Assembly: GCF_001266615.1 (NCBI RefSeq)
Contig: NZ_LGHZ01000018.1
Coordinates: 180,094 to 204,093 of the forward strand
Direction: 5' to 3'
Length of the DNA: 24,000 nt
Source: Kluyvera genomosp. 1
GTDB taxonomy: Bacteria > Pseudomonadota > Gammaproteobacteria > Enterobacterales > Enterobacteriaceae
In this document: positions 1 through 20,572 of the stretch, piece after piece
How the letters are laid out: each line of letters opens with the position of its first letter
How positions within the stretch are numbered: the stretch's first letter is position 1
Notes under the pieces: model-generated
What the model saw: the letters and a program-made list of their open reading frames with translations, nothing else
The model's database searches: none
Told to the model about the DNA's origin: nothing
Program-made: the position numbers and the translations under genes

Positions 1-616
1 CGAAGACCATCGCGCCCATGGTGTCCATAGTCAGATAGCCATTGACGAAACCGTTAGAGAATGCAGCAGTTTCATACGCTTCCATGGCATGGCTGATTGG
101 GCCAGCAGGCCAAATAATTGCCGCAACGGCAAGCACAATCAGCGCCAGAATTTTCAGCGGAGCCAGGAAGTTACCCACGGTATCCAGCAGTTTGCCCGGA
201 TAGAGCGACACCAGAATAACCAGCGCGAAATAGACAAGGCTGTAAATAAACAGCGGCAGTTCACCGTTACCGGTCAGCGGCGCGATACCAATTTCAAACG
301 ACACTGTCGCGGTACGCGGGGTAGCGAAAAGTGGGCCCACAGCGAGGTAGCACACGGTCGCCAGCAGAACGCCAGCCACTTTACCAATCGGGGTGCTCAG
401 GCTATCGACGCCGCCACCGACCTTCGCCAGTGCGACTACGGTTAGCACCGGCAGACCGACAGCAGTAATCAGGAAGCCAATAGCCGCGGTCCAGACGTGA
501 GGACCGGCCTGCAAACCAACCATAGGTGGAAAAATGATGTTGCCTGCGCCAACAAACAACGCAAAGGTCATAAAGCCCAGAGCGATGATGTCACGCGATT
601 TCAATTGATGGGTCAT
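1..616 (-). CDS. brnQ: Branched-chain amino acid transporter BrnQ, N-terminal ~205 codons; the 3' end runs off the left window edge
   Basis: Absent from the ORF track because the frame is open to the window edge. Reverse-strand translation from the ATG at 616-614 reads [69 protein letters not shown]..., which I recognise as BrnQ. It lies downstream of phoBR, as in E. coli K-12. Confidence 0.9.
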   Translation of the reverse strand, partial: MTHQLKSRDIIALGFMTFALFVGAGNIIFPPMVGLQAGPHVWTAAIGFLITAVGLPVLTVVALAKVGGGVDSLSTPIGKVAGVLLATVCYLAVGPLFATPRTATVSFEIGIAPLTGNGELPLFIYSLVYFALVILVSLYPGKLLDTVGNFLAPLKILALIVLAVAAIIWPAGPISHAMEAYETAAFSNGFVNGYLTMDTMGAMVF

Positions 617-970
617 ATGTAACTACTGCCTGTGGGTGTGGTGTTGTAAAACATAAATTTATCGTGCCAGCGCCTGTGGAATGATGCAGAGGAAACCAGC
701 AACAAACTCAGCGGGATATGCTCCCTTCGCGGTGTAGAGAAGAATAGTTTTTTGATTTACCGCGAATAAGCAGTCTGATTACGGCTGCTTGGGGGCCAAT
801 TTAAACGCTTATAACGTTTTAAAGCAACACGGGATCGCAAAACCAGATGATTATATTGATAGTGAATTTATACATAGAGTTATTAACTGGATTTAGGAAA
901 AACACCCGGCTAATCATGCGAACAAAAAACAACCAGACGTTCGTTAATCACGCAGCGTTTCATTGACTGC

Positions 971-1000
971 AAAGCAAACAGACCAGCCGAAGCTGGTCTG
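971..1000 (-). terminator. Rho-independent terminator after phoR
   Basis: A 9-bp perfect stem, cagaccagc (979-987) / gctggtctg (992-1000), with loop cgaa. On the minus strand it is followed by TTTGCTTT (plus-strand aaagcaaa, 971-978). It lies 28 nt downstream of the phoR stop. Confidence 0.65.
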
Positions 1001-1027
1001 TGGAAAGTTAAACTGACAAGCTGGCGA

Positions 1028-2323
1028 TCAGCCGTCGTTTTTGGCAATTAAACGTTCCGGCAGTAGGAAACTAAAGCAGGAGCCTTTGCCCAGCGTACTG
1101 GTAATTTCCAATCGACTGTCGTGATGATTCACCGCATGTTTAACAATCGCCAGCCCCAAACCGCTACCGCCCGTCTGTCTTGAACGAGCCTTATCCACCC
1201 GATAGAAACGCTCGGTCAACCTTGGCAGATGCTCAGGGGCAATGCCCGGGCCATTATCCTCGACGCTAAACAGTGCCCCGTGTGGCGCATGCTGCCAGCG
1301 AACGGTGATAAGCGTCCCTTCCGGCGTATGATTCACCGCGTTATAGACCAGGTTCGACATCGCGCTCCGTAGCTGATCTTCATTGCCTAACACTTTGAGA
1401 TTCTGATCAATTTCAAAATGGAACTGATGTTTGTTGTGGCTCAGCGTTTGCGCTTCGCGCTCGACCACCCGCAGCATCAACGGTACATCGATTTTTTCAT
1501 TGAGCGACAGCACCGGCGAGGCTTCGATTTTCGACAATGTCAGCAACTGTTTAACTAGCCCTTCCATACGCTGGGTTTGTTCACGCATGGTATGCAGCGC
1601 CTTCTCGCGCGGCATTCCTTCCAGAACCTGCTCCTGCATCATTTCCAGGTAGCCTTGCAGCACGGTTAACGGCGTGCGCAGCTCATGGCTGACGTTTGCG
1701 AAGAAGTTACGGCGTGCCCCTTCCAGCTGGTGCATCTGCGTGACATCGCGCGCCACCATCAGCAGCTGCCGGTCGGTATATGGCATGACGCGTATTTCCA
1801 GATGACGTCCGCTGTTAAGCACCAGGTGCAGCGGTTTGAGAAATTCACGTTTTTTGAGGTGTTGGGTAAATTCGGGATAACGCAGCAGGTTGAGAATATT
1901 TTGCCCGCTATCGTCGGGCCAGCGCAGCCCCAGCATTTGCTGGGCCAGGCCATTACACCAGAAAATGGCCCCCTCTTCCGTGGTCAATACCACCGCATCC
2001 GGCAGTGATTCTGCGCCGCTGCGAAAGCGTTTGATTAGGCCACCCAGTTCACGACGGCGCTTTTTATTACGCAGCTGCATCTGGTTTAGCCCATACAGCA
2101 AAGGCTCCCAGCTACCGCGTCCTGGCGGCGGCGTCATACTTCTATCAACCCACAACCACCAGGAAAGCCGCAGTAAATTCCAGAAATGCCAGACCAGCAA
2201 CCCGGTCACTGCCGCCAGTAAAAACCACGGCAGATGACCGAACACCATTCCCAGCACCACGGCCGGGAGACAACATAACAGCAGCTCCAGGGCCAGCCTT
2301 TTCCATGACAGCCGTTCCAGCAC
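1028..2323 (-). CDS. phoR: Phosphate regulon sensor histidine kinase PhoR
   Basis: 431-aa ORF starting [10 protein letters not shown]... It has an H-box ([16 protein letters not shown]) and an ATP-binding G-box ([12 protein letters not shown]), and is near-collinear with E. coli PhoR. It follows phoB after a 21-bp gap. Confidence 0.97.
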   Translation of the reverse strand: MLERLSWKRLALELLLCCLPAVVLGMVFGHLPWFLLAAVTGLLVWHFWNLLRLSWWLWVDRSMTPPPGRGSWEPLLYGLNQMQLRNKKRRRELGGLIKRFRSGAESLPDAVVLTTEEGAIFWCNGLAQQMLGLRWPDDSGQNILNLLRYPEFTQHLKKREFLKPLHLVLNSGRHLEIRVMPYTDRQLLMVARDVTQMHQLEGARRNFFANVSHELRTPLTVLQGYLEMMQEQVLEGMPREKALHTMREQTQRMEGLVKQLLTLSKIEASPVLSLNEKIDVPLMLRVVEREAQTLSHNKHQFHFEIDQNLKVLGNEDQLRSAMSNLVYNAVNHTPEGTLITVRWQHAPHGALFSVEDNGPGIAPEHLPRLTERFYRVDKARSRQTGGSGLGLAIVKHAVNHHDSRLEITSTLGKGSCFSFLLPERLIAKNDG

Positions 2324-2344
2324 GGGTCACACTCCTGTCAAAAA

Positions 2345-3034
2345 TTAAAAACGGGCGGAAAAACGATAACCCGTGCCGCGAACGGTTTGCACCATGCGGT
2401 CATGACCACTGTGTTCCAGCGCTTTGCGTAGGCGACGAATATGCACGTCAACGGTACGATCTTCAACATAGACGTTGGTTCCCCACACGTGGTTTAGCAG
2501 CTGTTCGCGGCTATAAACGCGCTCCGGGTGCGTCATAAAGAAGTGCAGCAGTTTAAATTCGGTAGGCCCCATATCCAATGGGTTTTCACCGGTCATGACT
2601 CGGTGGGAGGTCGGATCAAGGCTCAGTCCTTGCATCTCAATCACCTCTTCCACCGCCATCGGTGAAATACGGCGCATCACCGCTTTGATACGGGCGACCA
2701 GCTCTTTCGGTGAAAATGGTTTGGTGATGTAATCATCCGCGCCGGTTTCGAGGCCACGGACGCGATCTTCCTCTTCCCCGCGTGCCGTCAGCATCATCAC
2801 CGGTATGTCACGGGTGAGCGCTTCACGTTTAATATGCTTAATAAATTGCAGCCCAGATCCACCCGGTAACATCCAGTCGAGCAAAATCAGGTCAGGCCAG
2901 GGTTCATTCAACTTGCTGATAGCGCTATCGTAATCTTCCGCTTCCACCGGCTGAAAACCGTTTTGTTCCAGCACGAAACACACCATCTCGCGGATTGGCG
3001 CTTCATCTTCAACGACCAGAATACGTCTTGCCAT
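2345..3034 (-). CDS. phoB: Phosphate regulon response regulator PhoB (OmpR family)
   Basis: The ORF-track frame 2345..3076 carries a 14-codon extension. The conserved start is [17 protein letters not shown], with its ATG at 3034-3032, giving the 229 aa of E. coli PhoB. A winged-helix C-terminus ([11 protein letters not shown]) is present. Confidence 0.97.
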   Translation of the reverse strand: MARRILVVEDEAPIREMVCFVLEQNGFQPVEAEDYDSAISKLNEPWPDLILLDWMLPGGSGLQFIKHIKREALTRDIPVMMLTARGEEEDRVRGLETGADDYITKPFSPKELVARIKAVMRRISPMAVEEVIEMQGLSLDPTSHRVMTGENPLDMGPTEFKLLHFFMTHPERVYSREQLLNHVWGTNVYVEDRTVDVHIRRLRKALEHSGHDRMVQTVRGTGYRFSARF

Positions 3035-3080
3035 TATTTGCCCTGTTTTAGACATCAGTATTATATACGGCGCCATTATG

Positions 3081-3109
3081 CGTCAGATTTATGACAGATT
3101 TATGAAAAA
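3081..3109 (-). promoter_or_regulatory. Pho box (PhoB binding site) of the phoBR promoter
   Basis: The minus strand reads TTTTTCATAAATCTGTCATAAATCTGACG. It holds two exact tandem 11-mers, TCATAAATCTG (plus-strand cagatttatga at 3084-3094 and 3095-3105), which match the CTGTCATA-type Pho box. A CATAAT -10 hexamer follows at 3080-3075. Confidence 0.75.
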
Positions 3110-3224
3110 CATGACCGTCAGATGATCGCGTTTTAACGTTTATGACACAAGGCGATTTCGCGCATCGACCCCGGCCCAGGTGAATGTTTATAATCACCTT
3201 TACGTTTTCTTTTACGGAACCGCT

Positions 3225-4427
3225 ATGCGCATTATCCATACATCGGACTGGCACCTTGGCCAGAACTTTTACAGCAAGAGCCGTGCCGCCGAACATGACG
3301 CCTTTCTGCACTGGCTGTTGACCACCGCTGAAACGGAAAAGGTCGATGCCATTATTGTCGCAGGCGATATCTTCGATACCGGTTCGCCGCCGAGCTATGC
3401 GCGCGAGCTGTACAACCGATTTGTGGTTAATCTGCAACAAACCGGTTGCCATCTGGTGGTGCTGGCGGGCAACCATGATTCGGTCGCCACGCTAAACGAG
3501 TCACGCGATATTCTGTCGTTTCTTAATACCACGGTGATTGCCAGCGCCGGCCACGCGCCGTTTATCCTCAACCAGCGCGATGGCACACCCGGCGCAGTAT
3601 TCTGCCCGGTGCCTTTCCTGCGGCCGCGCGACATTATTACCAGCCAGGCAGGGCTTTCCGGCAGCGAAAAACAACGCCAGGTGCTGGAAAGCATCACCGA
3701 CTACTATCAGCAGCAGTACCAGCAGGCCTGCGAACTGCGCGCCGACCAAGCGCTGCCCATTATCGCCAGCGGCCATCTGACCACCGTCGGTGCCAGCAAA
3801 AGTGACGCGGTACGCGACATTTATATTGGCACACTGGACGCATTTCCGGCACAAAACTTCCCGCCCGCCGACTATATTGCGCTGGGACATATCCACCGGG
3901 CGCAGAAAATCGGCGGCAGCGAACATATCCGCTACAGCGGCTCACCTATCGCCCTGAGCTTTGATGAAACCGGCAAGAGCAAAAGCGTTAACCTGGTGAC
4001 ATTTACCGACGGCAAGCTGGATGACGTCGCGCCGCTCGTTGTGCCGATAACCCAGCCGCTGGCGGTGATTAAAGGCGACTTTGACAGTATCAGCGCGCAG
4101 TTAGCCGAATGGCGCGACGCGGATGCGGAACCCGCGACGTGGGTCGATATTGAGATGACCAGCGACGAATACCTGCACGATATCCAGCGCAAAATTCAAG
4201 TCATCACTGACGATCTGCCGGTAGAGGTGCTGCTGGTGCGCCGTAGCCGCGAACAGCGCCAGCGTATTCTGGCAAGCCTCGAACGCGAAACCTTAAGCGA
4301 ACTGAGTGTCGAAGAGGTTTTCCATCGTCGCCTCGCACTGGAAACGCTAGAAGAGCCGCAGCAACAACGCTTAGAAACGCTGTTTAATGAAACGCTACAC
4401 GGCCTTGGCGAGGAGCAACAGCCATGA
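3225..4427 (+). CDS. sbcD: SbcCD nuclease subunit D (Mre11-like phosphoesterase)
   Basis: The ORF-track start at 3180 is a GTG extension. The conserved start [16 protein letters not shown] is the ATG at 3225, giving the 400 aa of E. coli SbcD. Phosphoesterase motifs are present: DWHLG, GDIFD, GNHD, GHIH. The stop overlaps the sbcC start (ATGA at 4424-4427). Confidence 0.96.
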   Translation: MRIIHTSDWHLGQNFYSKSRAAEHDAFLHWLLTTAETEKVDAIIVAGDIFDTGSPPSYARELYNRFVVNLQQTGCHLVVLAGNHDSVATLNESRDILSFLNTTVIASAGHAPFILNQRDGTPGAVFCPVPFLRPRDIITSQAGLSGSEKQRQVLESITDYYQQQYQQACELRADQALPIIASGHLTTVGASKSDAVRDIYIGTLDAFPAQNFPPADYIALGHIHRAQKIGGSEHIRYSGSPIALSFDETGKSKSVNLVTFTDGKLDDVAPLVVPITQPLAVIKGDFDSISAQLAEWRDADAEPATWVDIEMTSDEYLHDIQRKIQVITDDLPVEVLLVRRSREQRQRILASLERETLSELSVEEVFHRRLALETLEEPQQQRLETLFNETLHGLGEEQQP

Positions 4428-7400
4428 AAATTCTCAGCCTGCGCCTGAAAAACCTCAACTCGCTCAAAGGCGAGTGGAAAATCGATTTTACCCAGGAACC
4501 GTTTGCCAGCAACGGCCTGTTTGCCATTACCGGCCCGACCGGCGCGGGAAAAACGACGCTGCTGGACGCCATTTGTCTGGCGCTGTACCACGAGACGCCG
4601 CGCCTTAATACGGTCTCTCAATCGCAAAATGACCTGATGACGCGCGATACCGCCGAGTGTCTGGCAGAGGTTGAATTTGAAGTTCAGGGCGTGGCCTACC
4701 GCGCTTTCTGGAGCCAGAACCGCGCGCGTAATCAACCGGACGGCAATCTACAGGCGCCGCGCGTGGAGCTGGCCCGCTGCGCCGACGGGCAGATTCTGGC
4801 TGACAAAGTCAAAGATAAGCTGGAGATGACCGCCGCCCTCAGCGGGCTGGACTATGGCCGCTTTACCCGCTCGATGCTGCTCTCGCAGGGCCAGTTCGCG
4901 GCCTTCCTCAACGCCAAGCCGAAAGAACGCGCTGAACTGCTTGAAGAGCTGACCGGCACCGAGATTTACGGCCAGATCTCCGCTCAGGTATTTGAAAAAC
5001 ATAAACATGCGCGTGGCGAGCTGGACAAACTACAGGCCCAGGCCAGCGGCGTGGTGCTGTTAAGCGAAGAGCAGCAGCAGACGCTGCTGCAAAGTTTGCA
5101 GGTGCTTACTTCCGACGAGCAACAGTGGCAGCAGCAGCAGGCTCTCACGACACAGCATCAGCAGTGGCTGGCGCGTCAAGCCGAGCTGGAACAGGATAAT
5201 CAGAAGAATCAACAGGCGTTGAGCGACGCCGAGCAGGCGCTGGCTACCGCCCAGCCGCAGCTTGCGGCACTCAGCCGCGCGCAGCCCGCCGAAGCGCTGC
5301 GTCCACGCTGGATGCAAATGCAGGAACAGACGGCCACTGTCGCCAAAACCCACCAGCTTGCTATGCAAGTGAATACTCGCTTACATGAAACCAGCACCCT
5401 GCGCGACCGCATCCGCTACACCGCTGAACGCCAGGCTGCCGCGTTGCTGCAAACACAGGCCGAACGACAGCAATGGTTGCAGAAACATGAACACATCCAG
5501 CGCTGGCAGGGTGAACTCACCGGCTGGCGCAGTGCGTTTGCCCAGCAGGCTCGCGACCGCGCGCAGCTACAAACGCAGCAACAACGCCTGATCGAGCAGG
5601 AAAAGCAGCTTGCCCAGCTTCCCGCCGTCACGCTTACCCTGACAGCAGACGAAGTGGCGGCGCAGATTGCCCACCACGCGGCGACGCGCCCGCTACGCCA
5701 GCAGCTCAGCAGCTTACACGCGCGCTTTGTCCCACTGCAAAGCCGTCGCCAGCAGCTGATTGATGCCGGGCAGCAGCGCCAGCAGCAGTTGGAAAAAATC
5801 ACGGCCGAGTTAACCCAACTGCGCCAGGTGTATAAAGACAAAAAGCAGCAGTTGCAAGATGTGAAAGCTCTTTGCGAGCTGGAAGCCACTATCGTGCGGC
5901 TGGAAGCCGAGCGCGCACGTTTGCAGCCCGGTGCCGCATGCCCGCTATGCGGTTCAACCGATCACCCGGCGCTGGCGGAGTATCAGTCGCTGGTTCCCGA
6001 CGCCAACAAAGCCCGCCGCGATGCACTGGAAAAAGAGGTGAACCGTCTGGCAGAAGATGGCGCCACCCTGCGCGGCCAACAAGAGGCGCTGCAAAAACAG
6101 CAGCAGAAAGAAAGCGACGAGCTAGCAACGCTTTCTCAGCAGGAGCAAGCACTTACATCACAGTGGCAGGAAGTCACGCAGCATTTGGCAATTTCGCTGC
6201 AGCCCGCCGATGACATTAGCCGCTGGCTTGCCGAACAGGACGAAGCCGAACAACAGCGCTACCAATACAGCCAGCGCCTGACGTTTGAAGGGCAAATCCG
6301 CGAGCTTCAGGCGCAGAACGCCCACATGAATGAAGAGTTGAAGCTGCGCGATGATACGCTTGCTCAAGCGCTCACGGCATACGGACTGATGCCACCGGCC
6401 ACCGGTGAAGAAGCACAGTGGCTGACGGCACGTGAAGCACAAACCGAGGCCTGGCAGCACCAGCAAAGAGAGAGCCAGCACACGCAGCAACAGCTGGCGC
6501 AGATCCAGCCGCTGCTGGAAGCGCTGCCGTCTGCACAAGGTCCCGACGATGGCAGCAGCGTAAGCCTCGACGGCTGGCAGCAGGTGCACAACGACTGCGT
6601 CGCACTGGAGAGCCAACTACACACGCTGCAACAGCAAGAAATCCAGGAGCAACAGCGGCTTCAGCAGGCAGAGCAGCTTTTCAACCAGGCGCTTGCTGAG
6701 TCGCACTTTACCGACGTTGATGATTTCCTGGCCGCACTCCTCGACGCCAGTGAACGCCAACGGCTGGAGCAGCTTAAACAGACGCTGGAAACCCAACATC
6801 AGCAGCGCCAGACGCTGGTTACCCAAGTTCAGGAAACCCTGAAAAAGCACCTGACGTTGCGCCCGGAAACGCTAACGCCCGAACTTACTCTCGCGGATAC
6901 CCAGGCTCAGCTTCAGCTGTTAGCCCAGCAGCTGCGCGAAAACGGCCAGCGCCAGGGCGAACTTCGCCAGCAGTTGAAGCAGGACGAAATTAATCGTCAG
7001 CAGCAGCAGTCTCTGTTCCTTGAGATAGAAAAAGCCAACGCTACGCTTGAGGACTGGGCGCATCTCAACGCGCTGATCGGTTCAAAAGAGGGTGATAAGT
7101 TCCGCAAATTTGCCCAGGGCCTGACGCTGGATAATCTGGTGTGGCTGGCCAACGAACAGCTGAGTCGCTTACACGGCCGCTATTTACTTCAGCGTAAAGC
7201 CAGCGATGCGCTGGAACTGGAAGTCGTCGATACCTGGCAGGCCGATGCGGTGCGCGATACTCGCACCCTCTCTGGTGGTGAAAGTTTCCTCGTCAGCCTC
7301 GCGCTGGCGCTGGCGCTTTCGGATCTGGTCAGCCATAAAACCCGTATCGACTCACTGTTCCTCGATGAAGGTTTTGGCACGCTGGATAGCGAAACGCTGG

Positions 7401-7564
7401 ATACCGCCCTCGATGCGCTGGATACGCTCAACGCCAGCGGCAAAATCATTGGTGTGATAAGCCACGTCGAAGCCATGAAAGAACGCATTCCAGTACAGAT
7501 TAAGGTCAAGAAGATCAATGGGCTGGGATATAGCCGCCTGGATAAGGCGTTTGCCGTCGAGTAA
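4424..7564 (+). CDS. sbcC: SbcCD nuclease ATPase subunit C (Rad50/SMC-like)
   Basis: 1046 aa. Walker A is [10 protein letters not shown] long Q/L/E-rich coiled coil carries a central CPLCGS zinc hook. The signature motif [18 protein letters not shown] and Walker B motif [11 protein letters not shown] lie at the C-terminus. It is translationally coupled to sbcD. Confidence 0.97.
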   Translation: MKILSLRLKNLNSLKGEWKIDFTQEPFASNGLFAITGPTGAGKTTLLDAICLALYHETPRLNTVSQSQNDLMTRDTAECLAEVEFEVQGVAYRAFWSQNRARNQPDGNLQAPRVELARCADGQILADKVKDKLEMTAALSGLDYGRFTRSMLLSQGQFAAFLNAKPKERAELLEELTGTEIYGQISAQVFEKHKHARGELDKLQAQASGVVLLSEEQQQTLLQSLQVLTSDEQQWQQQQALTTQHQQWLARQAELEQDNQKNQQALSDAEQALATAQPQLAALSRAQPAEALRPRWMQMQEQTATVAKTHQLAMQVNTRLHETSTLRDRIRYTAERQAAALLQTQAERQQWLQKHEHIQRWQGELTGWRSAFAQQARDRAQLQTQQQRLIEQEKQLAQLPAVTLTLTADEVAAQIAHHAATRPLRQQLSSLHARFVPLQSRRQQLIDAGQQRQQQLEKITAELTQLRQVYKDKKQQLQDVKALCELEATIVRLEAERARLQPGAACPLCGSTDHPALAEYQSLVPDANKARRDALEKEVNRLAEDGATLRGQQEALQKQQQKESDELATLSQQEQALTSQWQEVTQHLAISLQPADDISRWLAEQDEAEQQRYQYSQRLTFEGQIRELQAQNAHMNEELKLRDDTLAQALTAYGLMPPATGEEAQWLTAREAQTEAWQHQQRESQHTQQQLAQIQPLLEALPSAQGPDDGSSVSLDGWQQVHNDCVALESQLHTLQQQEIQEQQRLQQAEQLFNQALAESHFTDVDDFLAALLDASERQRLEQLKQTLETQHQQRQTLVTQVQETLKKHLTLRPETLTPELTLADTQAQLQLLAQQLRENGQRQGELRQQLKQDEINRQQQQSLFLEIEKANATLEDWAHLNALIGSKEGDKFRKFAQGLTLDNLVWLANEQLSRLHGRYLLQRKASDALELEVVDTWQADAVRDTRTLSGGESFLVSLALALALSDLVSHKTRIDSLFLDEGFGTLDSETLDTALDALDTLNASGKIIGVISHVEAMKERIPVQIKVKKINGLGYSRLDKAFAVE

Positions 7565-7569
7565 AGAAA

Positions 7570-7589
7570 CCTCCGGTGAAAACCGGAGG
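7570..7589 (+). terminator. Hairpin immediately after sbcC (putative terminator)
   Basis: An 8-bp perfect stem, cctccggt (7570-7577) / accggagg (7582-7589), with a GAAA tetraloop, 6 nt after the sbcC stop. No strong U-tract follows, so efficiency is uncertain. Confidence 0.5.
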
Positions 7590-7604
7590 CTGTCTGACAG
7601 ATTT

Positions 7605-7631
7605 GCCGGATGAGGGGTTATCTCATCCGGC
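7605..7631. repeat. REP-like palindromic element between the convergent sbcC and ygjK
   Basis: A 10-bp perfect stem, gccggatgag (7605-7614) / ctcatccggc (7622-7631), with a 7-nt loop. The GCCGGATG core is typical of enterobacterial REP sequences. It may also act as the transcription stop for ygjK. Confidence 0.5.
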
Positions 7632-7638
7632 GGTTTCA

Positions 7639-11072
<3,434 letters not shown>

Positions 11073-11108
11073 TTAGAGGTATTGATAATGATTAATTAAA
11101 AATGTCAC

Positions 11109-12623
<1,515 letters not shown>

Positions 12624-12626
12624 TTA

Positions 12627-12650
12627 TTTTAGTAAAATTTTTAGTAAAAC
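12627..12650 (-). promoter_or_regulatory. Tandem 12-mer operator-like motif overlapping a TAAAAT -10 hexamer, upstream of ygjI
   Basis: The plus strand reads ttttagtaaaat (12627-12638) then ttttagtaaaac (12639-12650). Inside it, AGTAAAA-T-TTTTAGT is one base short of a 7+1+7 palindrome. The minus-strand TAAAAT at 12631-12626 is a good -10 hexamer. The motif is homologous, with identical spacing, to the ebgA control region at 17861-17883. Confidence 0.45.
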
Positions 12651-12670
12651 AAAGTAAGAAAGTCGATTAG

Positions 12671-12686
12671 CTTTAACTTGATCACG
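12671..12686 (-). promoter_or_regulatory. Conserved upstream box (weak CRP-like half-site) of the ygjI promoter
   Basis: The minus strand reads CGTGATCAAGTTAAAG. The same box, TGTGATCGAGTTAAAG, occurs at 17905-17920. In both copies it lies exactly 44 nt from the first TTTTAGTAAAA repeat. Only the left half resembles the CRP TGTGA half-site. Confidence 0.3.
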
Positions 12687-12720
12687 AAATTGGTTTAGCC
12701 CTACGTAACCATCCGGCAAC

Positions 12721-12754
12721 AAAAAACCGCAGACCGTCACGGACCTGCGGTTTT
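12721..12754 (-). terminator. Rho-independent terminator after the second ygjI paralog
   Basis: Stem ccgcag (12727-12732) / ctgcgg (12745-12750), plus an inner ccg/cgg pairing. On the minus strand it is followed by TTTTTT (plus-strand A6, 12721-12726). It begins 7 nt after the stop at 12761. Confidence 0.75.
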
Positions 12755-12760
12755 CCTGGG

Positions 12761-17842
<5,082 letters not shown>

Positions 17843-17861
17843 CTAAGTTATTGCATTTTAT

Positions 17862-17882
17862 TTTAGTAAAACTTTTACTAAA
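17862..17882. promoter_or_regulatory. Perfect 21-bp palindrome, candidate EbgR (LacI-family) operator overlapping the ebgA -10 region
   Basis: tttagtaaaa-c-ttttactaaa, i.e. 10+1+10 and perfect. With a 1-nt bulge it extends to cattttat...ataaaatg (17854-17889). It lies 38-58 nt upstream of the ebgA ATG. Minus-strand TAAAAT hexamers at 17865-17860 and 17860-17855 are candidate -10 elements. Confidence 0.55.
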
Positions 17883-17904
17883 TAAAATGAGCAGGGATGA
17901 TTTA

Positions 17905-17920
17905 CTTTAACTCGATCACA
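17905..17920 (-). promoter_or_regulatory. Conserved upstream box with a CRP-like TGTGA half-site in the ebgA promoter
   Basis: The minus strand reads TGTGATCGAGTTAAAG. The left half matches CRP TGTGA perfectly, while the right half (TAAAG versus TCACA) matches poorly. The centre lies roughly 60 nt upstream of the predicted transcription start, compatible with class I activation. The box is conserved at 12671-12686. Confidence 0.35.
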
Positions 17921-17965
17921 AAATGAGCGCGTTGGTGGGAGGAATCTGGGAGTGCGGAGAGTGTT

Positions 17966-17995
17966 TCGCCGGATGCGCAAACGGGCAGCCGGCGA
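17966..17995 (-). repeat. REP-like hairpin just downstream of ebgR
   Basis: Stem tcgccgg (17966-17972) / ccggcga (17989-17995) with a 16-nt loop. It contains a GCCGGATGCG core typical of REP elements. No U-tract follows, so it may only partially insulate ebgR from ebgA transcription. Confidence 0.4.
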
Positions 17996-18002
17996 AAAAG
18001 GA

Positions 18003-19058
<1,056 letters not shown>

Positions 19059-19159
19059 TTAAGTAAATATTCGCGAACTTTACGCCCCTATCGCCCCTGT
19101 TTTTCTGAGGCAGAAAACAGTGATGGGTGTAACAGTTTCGCCAATGCTATCGTGCCCTT

Positions 19160-19168
19160 TGATAAAAT
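19160..19168 (+). promoter_or_regulatory. Extended -10 promoter element (TGnTAAAAT) for ygjH
   Basis: tgataaaat at 19160-19168 lies 40 nt upstream of the ygjH ATG. I saw no convincing -35 element, which is consistent with an extended -10 promoter. Confidence 0.4.
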
Positions 19169-19177
19169 ATCGCTATA

Positions 19178-19198
19178 TTTTACTAAACTTTTACTTGA
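19178..19198 (+). promoter_or_regulatory. Two phased copies of the TTTTACT(A/T) motif between the ygjH promoter and RBS
   Basis: ttttactaaa (19178-19187), then c, then ttttacttga (19189-19198), with 11-bp phasing. The first copy is identical to the right half of the ebgA palindrome. It sits at about +1 to +22 relative to the putative extended -10 promoter. Confidence 0.4.
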
Positions 19199-19540
<342 letters not shown>

Positions 19541-19546
19541 TGGCTT

Positions 19547-19568
19547 TCCCCCGCCTGTCCGCGGGGGA
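19547..19568. terminator. GC-rich hairpin between the convergent ygjH and mak (putative bidirectional terminator)
   Basis: An 8-bp perfect stem, tcccccgc (19547-19554) / gcggggga (19561-19568), with loop ctgtcc. The flanking U-tracts are weak on both strands. Confidence 0.5.
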
Positions 19569-19582
19569 TATACGTTAAAGTG

Positions 19583-20485
19583 TTACAGCGGCCAAAGCCA
19601 GGCCGCGCCGCGAACGCCGCTGGAATCGCCGTGCAGCGCTTTACGAATAGGCGTCTCGCACTCGCCGCCGAACACCCACTCTTTTACCCGCTGCGGCACC
19701 GTCTGATATAGACGTTCAACGTTGCTCATCCCACCGCCCAGCACAATCACGTCGGGGTCGAGAATATTGACCACGTGTGCCAGTGATTTCGCCAGCCGCT
19801 GTTCGTAGTGAGCCATCGCTTGTTCCGCCAGCGCATCGCCCTCAGCCACTAACTGCATAATCTCACTGCCTTTCAGCGGATTACCGCTTAAGCGGTGATA
19901 ATCGGTGGCAAAACCCGTGCCGGAGATAAAGGTTTCAATACAGCCTTGCTTACCGCAGTAGCAGGGGACTTCAGCACGGTAGCGCAGCTCGTCGTCATTC
20001 ATCCACGGTAGCGGGTTATGCCCCCACTCGCCTGCGGTGCCGTTGCCACCAATGTGTACGCGCCCGTTAATCGCTACGCCTGAACCGCAGCCGGTACCAA
20101 TAATCACTGCAAACACCGTTTGCGCCCCCGCCGCCGCGCCGTCTATGGCTTCAGAGACCGCCAGACAGTTGGCATCGTTCGCCAGACGCACTTCGCGATT
20201 CAGGCGTCGGCTTAAATCTTTATCAAACGGCTGGCCGTTAAGCCACGTGGAATTGGCGTTTTTCACCACTCCGGTGTAGGGAGAAATCGAACCCGGGATC
20301 CCCATACCAACGGTGCCCGTTTGCCCGGTAGCGTCTTCGGCCAAAGCAACAAGATGCGCAATATTCTCAATGGTTTGCTGATAGTCACGCGGTGTCGGCA
20401 GACGATGTCGGTACAGCTGCTCGCCCTGATCACCGAGTGCGATAACTTCCGTTTTCGTTCCGCCTAAATCAATCCCAATTCGCAT
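19583..20485 (-). CDS. mak: Manno(fructo)kinase Mak (ROK family)
   Basis: 300 aa, starting [34 protein letters not shown]. It carries the ROK zinc motif [12 protein letters not shown] and the C-terminus [14 protein letters not shown]. It is collinear with E. coli Mak/YajF. Confidence 0.95.
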   Translation of the reverse strand: MRIGIDLGGTKTEVIALGDQGEQLYRHRLPTPRDYQQTIENIAHLVALAEDATGQTGTVGMGIPGSISPYTGVVKNANSTWLNGQPFDKDLSRRLNREVRLANDANCLAVSEAIDGAAAGAQTVFAVIIGTGCGSGVAINGRVHIGGNGTAGEWGHNPLPWMNDDELRYRAEVPCYCGKQGCIETFISGTGFATDYHRLSGNPLKGSEIMQLVAEGDALAEQAMAHYEQRLAKSLAHVVNILDPDVIVLGGGMSNVERLYQTVPQRVKEWVFGGECETPIRKALHGDSSGVRGAAWLWPL

Positions 20486-20572
20486 TCATCGCTCCTGTTT
20501 AAAACAATGCAAGGCCGTGGACAATTCGTTATCATTGCCCGCCTATATAACGATAACACCGTGGAAATTATC

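Noticed and set aside
89-445. 118-aa plus-strand ORF at the left edge
   Set aside because: It is antisense to brnQ. The brnQ frame on the minus strand is open to the window edge and translates into a recognisable BrnQ N-terminus.
617-1027. 411-bp phoR-brnQ intergenic region scanned for small genes or repeats (e.g. the aaacg...cgttt inverted repeat near 804-820)
   Set aside because: It contains only very short ORFs and a weak 5-bp inverted repeat. Its content is consistent with the brnQ promoter/leader plus the phoR terminator, and nothing stands out beyond that.
3048-3476. 142-aa minus-strand ORF across the phoB-sbcD intergenic region, plus other minus-strand ORFs inside sbcD and sbcC (3395-4735, 5060-6850, 7189-7639)
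   Set aside because: All are antisense or alternate frames of sbcD and sbcC. The Gln/Leu-codon-rich coiled-coil region of sbcC naturally leaves long open frames on both strands.
5040-7020. Apparent repetitiveness (runs of CAGCAG/CAGCAA, repeated 'gcagcagc') that could suggest a tandem repeat array
   Set aside because: This is the Gln-rich heptad coiled coil of SbcC. The frame stays open, and I could see no exact repeat unit with fixed period.
3225-7564. The SbcD/SbcC pair as a possible novel defence system (SMC-like ATPase plus nuclease)
   Set aside because: Lengths, motifs (zinc-hook CPLCGS, Mre11 phosphoesterase motifs), the ATGA coupling and the conserved phoB-sbcDC context identify it as the housekeeping SbcCD hairpin nuclease. 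It is not an accessory defence module.
20507-20572. N-terminal extensions in the ORF track for rdgC (20507), the ygjI paralog (to 14272), ebgR (to 19049), phoB (to 3076), sbcD (from 3180) and aroL (to 23507)
   Set aside because: In each case an internal ATG matches the conserved N-terminus of the E. coli ortholog and gives the orthologous length. For the ygjI paralog there is no direct ortholog, so I matched its N-terminus and length to the adjacent YgjI. Where I checked the upstream sequence (ygjI paralog, ebgR, aroL), that ATG also has a Shine-Dalgarno sequence. The extensions run through promoter or operator DNA.
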